DNA from: Candidatus Heimdallarchaeota archaeon | GTDB taxonomy: Archaea > Asgardarchaeota > Heimdallarchaeia > Heimdallarchaeales > Heimdallarchaeaceae | DNA length: 12,503 nt | Assembly (NCBI GenBank): GCA_016840095.1 | Contig: JAEOSZ010000071.1 | Coordinates: 1-12,503, forward strand | Reading direction: 5' to 3' | In this document: in pieces, positions 1 through 5,428 of the stretch | Layout: each line of letters begins with the position of its first letter | How positions within the stretch are numbered: position 1 is the first letter of the stretch | Translations under genes and position numbers: made by a program | The notes under the pieces: generated by a model | What the model was told of the DNA's origin: nothing | The model's database searches: none | Seen by the model: only the letters and a program-made list of their open reading frames with translations

Positions 1-393
1 AGAGTTATAGTTGAAGGTTCAGTTGAAGGAGAAGCATTAGTTTCACCTGTTCCAATTTCATTTTTAGGTGGAGTTGATGCTGAAACAGGACTAATAACTG
101 ATTCTGAAAATCCTTTATTTGGGGAAAGTATAGCTGGTAAAATCTTTGTGTTTCCTGAAAGTAAAGGTTCTACTGTAGGTTCGTATGTTATTTATGGGTT
201 AAGAGTTAACAATGTAGCACCACTCGCACTTATAGCAAATGAAGCCGAAACGATTGTTATTGCAGGAGCCATATTAGCAAACATTCCCTTCGTTGACAAA
301 GCAGATCAGGATGTTATTAAATCAATTAAAACTGGAGATAAAATAGTAATAAATACAACTGAAGAAGTAATAAAAATAATAAAAGTTGAGTAA
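1..393 (+). CDS. DUF126 / aconitase X swivel-domain protein (phosphomevalonate dehydratase small subunit-like), 5'-truncated by window edge
   Basis: Frame 1 is open from base 1: RVIVEGSVEGEALVSPVPISFLGGVDAETG...GESIAGKIFVFPESKGSTVGSYVIY...GAILANIPFVD. This has the DUF126 signatures (GEALVS, ISFLGGVD.ETG, KGSTVGSY). The ORF track start at 148 is an internal GTG. Confidence 0.9.
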   Translation, partial: RVIVEGSVEGEALVSPVPISFLGGVDAETGLITDSENPLFGESIAGKIFVFPESKGSTVGSYVIYGLRVNNVAPLALIANEAETIVIAGAILANIPFVDKADQDVIKSIKTGDKIVINTTEEVIKIIKVE

Positions 394-408
394 AAAGGCA
401 GAAATTGA

Positions 409-2094
409 TTATCTACGTTTCTTACCTTGTTGTTCTGAAAGTAGTTTCTGAAATTCGTCTCTTAACAAAGTTTCTTGTTCTTGCAGAGCTTCTTTCTTCT
501 CTTCGCTGAGTTTTTCTCTTTGTTCAGACAGAGCTTTTTCCTTTTCATTGTTTAGTTCTGTTGTAATTTCAGAAATTTCTTCCTCTTGCTGTACTTTTAA
601 TTGTTCCAAGAGTTCTCTTTGATCATTTTCCTTCTGAATATTGAATTTCTCTTCTAATTGTGTTTTTTCAGTTTCAAAGCTTTGTTTTAGATTCTCTATT
701 TCTAAAAGATGATTTTCATCTAATTGTTTTTTCTGAGCTTCAAATTCTTCTTTGAGGTTATCACTAGCAGCGAGTATTCTTTCTTCAATAAACTTTTCTC
801 TGTTTTCTTGAACAAGGTCTAGAAAATCCTTCTCTGTAACTGTATTGATGATGTCAAAAACTCTGTTTATAGTATTAATATTAGCTTGTGCTGTTTCAAA
901 TTCCTCGTTATTGAGAATTCCCTCCGATTCTTTAATCAGATCGTCTATGAATTTCATAACCAATTCTGTAGACCTCTCAGGAAATACTTCTATTGCTCTC
1001 ATCTTATTCTTAAGTTCTAAAGATCTGGAAGATAGATCAGCTAGCTCCACTTCATATCCTTTTGTTAGACTTTTTTCTCTGAAAATCAAATCATAAGGAC
1101 CAATCATCATTGTTTGTTTAGTTTGTAATTGATCGTAAAATGCTAAATTAGCACTTAGCTCATGAACTCCTTTTTCATTGGGTTGTGAACAACGGATAGA
1201 TAATCTTTGTTCAGTTGAATGACCAGGAGGTAAACTTGCAATAGAGAGTTCAGTTCCTCCATCAATAACATCGATTCCATCTGGGATGTTAAGCTTGAAA
1301 ACTAAATTAAATGCATCACCATCGCCTTCATTTTCAAGAATAACAGCTACTTCTGTAGCCTTTCCTAGAACTAAATCTCTAGATATTTTTACTTCTGGTA
1401 TTATTTTTGGTAGTTTAACTTTTGATCTAAAGTTTTTCACAACAGTATCCATTGCATCATCAATAGCTGGGAAAAATAATTCACCCATAATTTGAGATAA
1501 TCCAGGTTTTAAATGCCCTCCAACTAATTGTTGAGCATTGAGTAAGGAGGTAGTATCTGAATCCTTTACAGCTTTAATAGCATGACCTGCTGCATAAAGA
1601 ACTTGTTGAGCTCTAGTAAAGCCAGGATCATCTTGAATTTGCTCGATATATTGTTTGTAAAGCAGCTCAGCTGATTGAAAATCTTCTATGGAAAAGTAGA
1701 AGAAACATGCAGTAGAAATCAATACTATTCCTCTATCGTATTCATTCCAGAGCAGGTATTCTTGTGCTGCATTTACCAGATCTTCAACTACAGCATTTGT
1801 TGCAGCTCTCCAATCTTCAGGTGAACCCACTTTCTTAAAAATATAAGAAACATAATAGAGATTTTGTGCACTCATTCGATATTGCTTCTTTTCTTTATTT
1901 TCTTCTGATGCACGGATAAAATTCTTAATCGCTTCATGGTACAAGTCTTCAGCTTGTTCCAACCCCCGAGCTGCTTCTTGACTTCTAGCAGCCTCCAAAT
2001 ATTTCCTTGCAGAGTCAGCAAAACTTGCACTTTTAAACAAATCTCGTGCTTCTGACATGAGCTTAGCAAGGTCCTCGTCATAAGATTTTTCCAT
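409..2094 (-). CDS. Hypothetical multidomain protein: N-terminal SNAP/TPR-like alpha-solenoid, central Ig-like (CARDB/BatD/TRAP-beta-like) domain, C-terminal coiled coil with basic tail
   Basis: Long ORF. ATG at 2094 (MEKSY...) is preferred over TTG at 2115 because TTATATAT lies at 2122-2115. Ala/Tyr-patterned helices cover about 2094-1414, a beta-rich segment with LENEGDGDAFN and SLPPG covers 1413-1081, and an E/K/Q-rich tail ends in GKKRR. No signal peptide or TM helix seen. Confidence 0.8.
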   Translation of the reverse strand: MEKSYDEDLAKLMSEARDLFKSASFADSARKYLEAARSQEAARGLEQAEDLYHEAIKNFIRASEENKEKKQYRMSAQNLYYVSYIFKKVGSPEDWRAATNAVVEDLVNAAQEYLLWNEYDRGIVLISTACFFYFSIEDFQSAELLYKQYIEQIQDDPGFTRAQQVLYAAGHAIKAVKDSDTTSLLNAQQLVGGHLKPGLSQIMGELFFPAIDDAMDTVVKNFRSKVKLPKIIPEVKISRDLVLGKATEVAVILENEGDGDAFNLVFKLNIPDGIDVIDGGTELSIASLPPGHSTEQRLSIRCSQPNEKGVHELSANLAFYDQLQTKQTMMIGPYDLIFREKSLTKGYEVELADLSSRSLELKNKMRAIEVFPERSTELVMKFIDDLIKESEGILNNEEFETAQANINTINRVFDIINTVTEKDFLDLVQENREKFIEERILAASDNLKEEFEAQKKQLDENHLLEIENLKQSFETEKTQLEEKFNIQKENDQRELLEQLKVQQEEEISEITTELNNEKEKALSEQREKLSEEKKEALQEQETLLRDEFQKLLSEQQGKKRR

Positions 2095-2114
2095 AAACCT
2101 AAGCTGCAATCTCA

Positions 2115-2122
2115 ATATATAA
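2115..2122 (-). promoter_or_regulatory. TATA box of probable leaderless promoter for the 409..2094 gene
   Basis: Minus strand reads AAATAAAC-TTATATAT, 21-28 nt upstream of the ATG at 2094, matching archaeal BRE-TATA spacing. Confidence 0.55.
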
Positions 2123-2219
2123 GTTTATTTAAGCACGCAATGGGGCTAGTACAGAAAGCGATTAGAGGACATGTACATTTATTTGTGTCATCTTGCAAAA
2201 ATTAAGATAAAATTACTTT

Positions 2220-2231
2220 AAAAAAACGAAA
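2220..2231 (-). terminator. Oligo-T archaeal terminator after tRNA-Ala
   Basis: Minus strand reads TTTCGTTTTTTT immediately after the tRNA CCA end. Confidence 0.55.
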
Positions 2232-2308
2232 TGGTGGACCGAGCGAGATTCGAACTCGCGGCCTCTTCCATGCCAAGGAAGCGATCTTCCAGGCTGATCT
2301 ATCGGCCC
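2232..2308 (-). tRNA. tRNA-Ala (anticodon GGC), intronless, CCA encoded
   Basis: Reverse complement folds as GGGCCGA TA GATC AGCCTGGAA GATC G CTTCC TTGGCAT GGAAG AGGCC GCGAG TTCGAAT CTCGC TCGGTCC A CCA (77 nt). It has the G3:U70 alanine identity pair and a TTCGAAT T-loop. Confidence 0.97.
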
Positions 2309-2364
2309 AATGAAGAATTAGTTAAAATAGAAGGGAACTAATTATGTAAACATAAAAGTATCTT

Positions 2365-2529
2365 CTAGTGTCTGTGCCATGCATAGTTTCGGATTTTTGA
2401 GGATTTTCCGAAGCCACAAGATGCACAAATTTTGTGTCTTTTGTGGAAGGAATGTCTACCACATCTCCTACAAACTATGTGGGTTGATCTTTTATTGTGT
2501 CTTCCAAATGATGGTGTTCCTTTAGTCAT
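2365..2529 (-). CDS. rpl37e: 50S ribosomal protein L37e (eL37)
   Basis: Hand translation (54 aa, absent from ORF track): [54 protein letters not shown]. It has KGTPSFG and the CRRCG...CASCGF zinc finger, an AGGTGA SD at 2541-2536, and lies directly after Lsm as is usual in archaea. Confidence 0.97.
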   Translation of the reverse strand: MTKGTPSFGRHNKRSTHIVCRRCGRHSFHKRHKICASCGFGKSSKIRNYAWHRH

Positions 2530-2548
2530 TTTGATTCACCTTTTTGCA

Positions 2549-2776
2549 TTATTTGGGTGGAGGACTAATCATAATTACGTTATCACCACGTACAATAACG
2601 TCCCCAAGCTTAGCTGTTCCTTCTGAAGCTATCTCTTCTGCGTCTTCTAATGTTAGATTTAAATGAATATCATAGTTTTTGAGAATACCTCTCATTCGAC
2701 GATTACCTCTAAGTCTAATCAAAACTCTTTTTTCTCTAGCTTGATTCAGGATATCCATCGGTTTATTTACGCTCAT
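2549..2776 (-). CDS. lsm: Sm-like archaeal protein (Lsm/SmAP1)
   Basis: Sm1 motif (GILKNYDIHLNLTLEDA), Sm2 motif (IVRGDNVIMISP), GGAG SD upstream, and adjacency to rpl37e. Confidence 0.95.
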   Translation of the reverse strand: MSVNKPMDILNQAREKRVLIRLRGNRRMRGILKNYDIHLNLTLEDAEEIASEGTAKLGDVIVRGDNVIMISPPPK

Positions 2777-2820
2777 AGTTTCTACTCCAAAACTTTACGA
2801 GTTGAAACCCTAAGATTGCA

Positions 2821-2827
2821 TTATAAA
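2821..2827 (-). promoter_or_regulatory. TATA box for lsm-rpl37e operon
   Basis: Minus strand CAAAATG-TTTATAA about 45-51 nt upstream of the lsm ATG, leaving room for a short SD-containing leader. Confidence 0.5.
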
Positions 2828-2942
2828 CATTTTGATTAAAGAAAAAAATGATGAACTATCCAGTAAAACTATTCATTGAAAGTTGTAGAATAGATTACAT
2901 CTTGTTCTTCTGGGAATAACTCTTTAGTTAAAAATCGTTACC

Positions 2943-2964
2943 TTTAAGTAGCAAGTGTCTTGCT
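2943..2964 (+). promoter_or_regulatory. TATA box (TTTAAGTA) of rpl11 operon followed by palindrome AGCAAG-TGT-CTTGCT
   Basis: TTTAAGTA at 2943-2950 preceded by an A-rich element; perfect 6-bp inverted repeat at 2950-2964. Confidence 0.45.
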
Positions 2965-3002
2965 TCTGTCTTAAGTTAGTGTTATTAGATGAGGCGAAGC
3001 TA

Positions 3003-3503
3003 ATGAGTAAAGAACTAGTGACTGTCGATTTACTAGTAGATGGTGGACAAGCATCTCCTGGTGGTGCCATGGGACCTGCTTTAGGACCTCTTGGTGTAAA
3101 CATAGGTAATGTTGTAAGCGAAATAAACAAGCAAACATCAGCCTATAAAGGAATGAAAGTTCCAGTAAAAGTTACAGTCGATAAAAAAACCCGAGAATTT
3201 GAATTAGAAATAGGTATTCCACCAGCATCAGCTTTAGTGCTAAAAGCCGCAAATTTACAAAAAGCATCTGGTGAGCCAAATACAAATATTATAGGTAATA
3301 TAACCTTCCCACAGCTTATAGAAGCAGCTCTAGCAAAATGGCCTGATTTAACTGCTGGGTCCGTAAAAACTGCTTGTAAGGAAATCTTAGGTACAATGGT
3401 GTGCATGGGAGTAACCTGTGAAAACAAAGATCCCAGAGTTGTACAGAAGGAAATTGATCGAGGTAAATATGCTGATCTTCTTAATGCAGCAGAGGAACAA
3501 TAG
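3003..3503 (+). CDS. rpl11: 50S ribosomal protein L11 (uL11)
   Basis: GGQASPGGAMGPALGPLGVNI, KGMKVPVKV, GIPPASAL and EILGTMVCMGV match archaeal uL11. Start moved to ATG 3003 (MSKELVTV), with GAGG SD at 2991. Confidence 0.96.
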   Translation: MSKELVTVDLLVDGGQASPGGAMGPALGPLGVNIGNVVSEINKQTSAYKGMKVPVKVTVDKKTREFELEIGIPPASALVLKAANLQKASGEPNTNIIGNITFPQLIEAALAKWPDLTAGSVKTACKEILGTMVCMGVTCENKDPRVVQKEIDRGKYADLLNAAEEQ

Positions 3504-3567
3504 TCAGACTGTTACTCAACAGAAGAAATAAAAACAAATTATCAAAAAGATTAGTGAGGCACAATTA

Positions 3568-3765
3568 ATGAGCAAAATGATCAACAAGATACGAGGCTTT
3601 TTCATAAATAGTAGAAAAGTTCTCAGACATGCTAAGAAGCCTAGTAGAAGAGAATTATCCATTACAGTAAAAATGAGTGCTGTTGGAATTGTCATTATTG
3701 GTGTAATTGGATATGTTCTTAGTTTGCTGTTTAATGCAATTATAAGTGCAATTCAATCAAGATAG
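3568..3765 (+). CDS. secE: Protein translocase subunit SecE / Sec61-gamma
   Basis: 65 aa with RKVLRHAKKPSRREL amphipathic motif then a single TM (AVGIVIIGVIGYVL). GTGAGG SD upstream; lies directly before spt5. Confidence 0.93.
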   Translation: MSKMINKIRGFFINSRKVLRHAKKPSRRELSITVKMSAVGIVIIGVIGYVLSLLFNAIISAIQSR

Positions 3766-3807
3766 ATTAACCTCATATAATGAAACAATATAAAGATAAG
3801 TGATAAA

Positions 3808-4296
3808 ATGCCCATCTATGCTCTTAGAACAACAATCGGTCAAGAACATTCATTAAGTGAATATCTAGCTCGTAGAGCAGAAAACAGAACCCATCTAAAA
3901 ATATACTCGGTTTTGGTGCCAGGTGGGTTGAAAGGGTACATCTTTGTTGAAGCTGAATCAATTGATGATGTTGAAATCCTAGTAGAAGGTGTTAGACATG
4001 TTCGAAAAAGACCTCGAGCTTCTCGTGCCGAGGAAATTCCAATTGATCAGCTAGATCACTTCCTAATACCAAGACCTGTTATTGAAGGAGTAGACATTAA
4101 CGATATTGTTGAAGTAATAAATGGACCATTCAAAGGTTCAAGAGCAAGAGTTACTGATATAAATGTTGGAAAAGAGGAAGTAACAGTAGAACTTCTTGCA
4201 ATGGATTTGCAAATTCCAGTAACTATTTCTGGAGAATCAATCAGAGTTATCGAGAAATCAGTTGAAAAGGAAACAGAAGACGAATATCTACTCTAG
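3808..4296 (+). CDS. spt5: Transcription elongation factor Spt5 (archaeal NusG)
   Basis: NGN domain (YALRTTIGQE, LKGYIFVEA) and KOW domain (DIVEVINGPFKGSRARV...EEVTVEL). Confidence 0.96.
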   Translation: MPIYALRTTIGQEHSLSEYLARRAENRTHLKIYSVLVPGGLKGYIFVEAESIDDVEILVEGVRHVRKRPRASRAEEIPIDQLDHFLIPRPVIEGVDINDIVEVINGPFKGSRARVTDINVGKEEVTVELLAMDLQIPVTISGESIRVIEKSVEKETEDEYLL

Positions 4297-4297
4297 A

Positions 4298-5341
4298 TTA
4301 AAAAAACTCTTCCAGAGTTAATCTTTTCTTAGATAGTTTTATTGGTTGAGCTGGTAGTTGAAGCTTTTGCCTTATTATTGCAGCAAGTTCTGAGTCAAAT
4401 CCATACAAAGTATATACTTTTTGAGGATTAACTGCTTTAACATGATCAAGTAGTTCGTTACAATTGGCATGCATTGAGAAAGGAAAAGCTTGTTCAAATT
4501 TTGAATATGCGAATCTTGATGCTTGCCCAGTAATTATGCTCCTAGAAACTTTGTGAGTCTTAAGAAAATCAGGCAATTCTTTTGCTGCTCTAGGGAGTAG
4601 AATCAAACTCCTTTCAGTTTTTAACTCACTATCGTTTAGAATATCAAATCTATTCCACTGAAGGTTTTGTCCTTCTTCGTTGTAAACTTTGTTTATCTCA
4701 CTAGTTCTGTTATCACAATAAATGTCTACAGACAGCATCTCATTTAGATATGCTATAATTTCTTGTGCAGGACCTAAATGGCCTATATTAATTACAGGAA
4801 CATTGTTGTTCTGAAGATTATCAGCAACCCACTTCAAAATTGATGCTTTTATTCTTTCACGAGAATCGAAAAACAAGTCTCCCTTTCCATATGTTGCTTC
4901 AGTAATCAAAATGTCAATATCGTCTTCAGGAACAGCTGCTTTTGGTACAGTAATCATTTCATCAGTACTGATGTCACCAGTATAGGCGATTGTTAGATCT
5001 TCAAAATAAAATACAATCTGTGCAGCTCCAAGTAGATGCCCAGCTGGAATAAATCTAACATCTACATCATTAATATTCATTGTTTTGTTAAAATTAACAA
5101 ATTCAGTGTTTTTTGCTTTTCTTGAAGTTAATCCTTCAAAGAGCTTACTAGCAAGTTCTGTTGAATAAACTCTAATTCCTTCGTTTGGGAATGCTAAAGA
5201 ATGATCTGTATGTGCATGTGTTATAAAAGAAGCGTCACACTCTGATGCAGCTTTTACTGTCGTTGGATCAGCTATAAGGGTTAAATCTTCTGGTTTTTTT
5301 AGAAATTTGACACCCTTGTCATACTTGAATAATGTAGGCAT
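4298..5341 (-). CDS. MBL-fold beta-CASP family nuclease (COG1236-like)
   Basis: Motifs THAHTDH, PAGHLLGAAQ, YTGD, TEATYG and FSMHAN; AGGGG SD upstream. Confidence 0.88.
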   Translation of the reverse strand: MPTLFKYDKGVKFLKKPEDLTLIADPTTVKAASECDASFITHAHTDHSLAFPNEGIRVYSTELASKLFEGLTSRKAKNTEFVNFNKTMNINDVDVRFIPAGHLLGAAQIVFYFEDLTIAYTGDISTDEMITVPKAAVPEDDIDILITEATYGKGDLFFDSRERIKASILKWVADNLQNNNVPVINIGHLGPAQEIIAYLNEMLSVDIYCDNRTSEINKVYNEEGQNLQWNRFDILNDSELKTERSLILLPRAAKELPDFLKTHKVSRSIITGQASRFAYSKFEQAFPFSMHANCNELLDHVKAVNPQKVYTLYGFDSELAAIIRQKLQLPAQPIKLSKKRLTLEEFF

Positions 5342-5428
5342 AGCTGAACCCCTGTAACTTGATTTCTGATTTTACTCTTTGAATAGATGTATTAAGTCTT
5401 TTTAATATTCTACTGAGTACATTCATAT

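Noticed and set aside
845-2081. ORFs 845..1096 (+), 1286..1495 (+) and 1872..2081 (-)
   Set aside because: Antisense or alternate-frame shadows inside the long 409..2094 gene, with no recognisable motifs.
2130-2308. tRNA-Ala 3' end as integration site for the downstream 561-aa gene
   Set aside because: No duplicated tRNA 3' fragment (att site) or integrase seen, and the next gene is a housekeeping DUF126.
2848-2915. ATGATGA (C-box-like) in the lsm/rpl11 spacer as a possible C/D box sRNA
   Set aside because: No CTGA D or D' box at suitable spacing.
2432-3427. ORFs 2432..2626 (+), 2924..3130 (-) and 3143..3427 (-)
   Set aside because: Antisense to rpl37e, lsm and rpl11, which are confidently identified.
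3502-3522. Small hairpins AGTC-A-GACT and CTGTT-ACTC-AACAG after rpl11, as a possible L1-binding or terminator element
   Set aside because: Stems of only 4-5 bp, no T-run, and no recognisable L1-binding internal loop.
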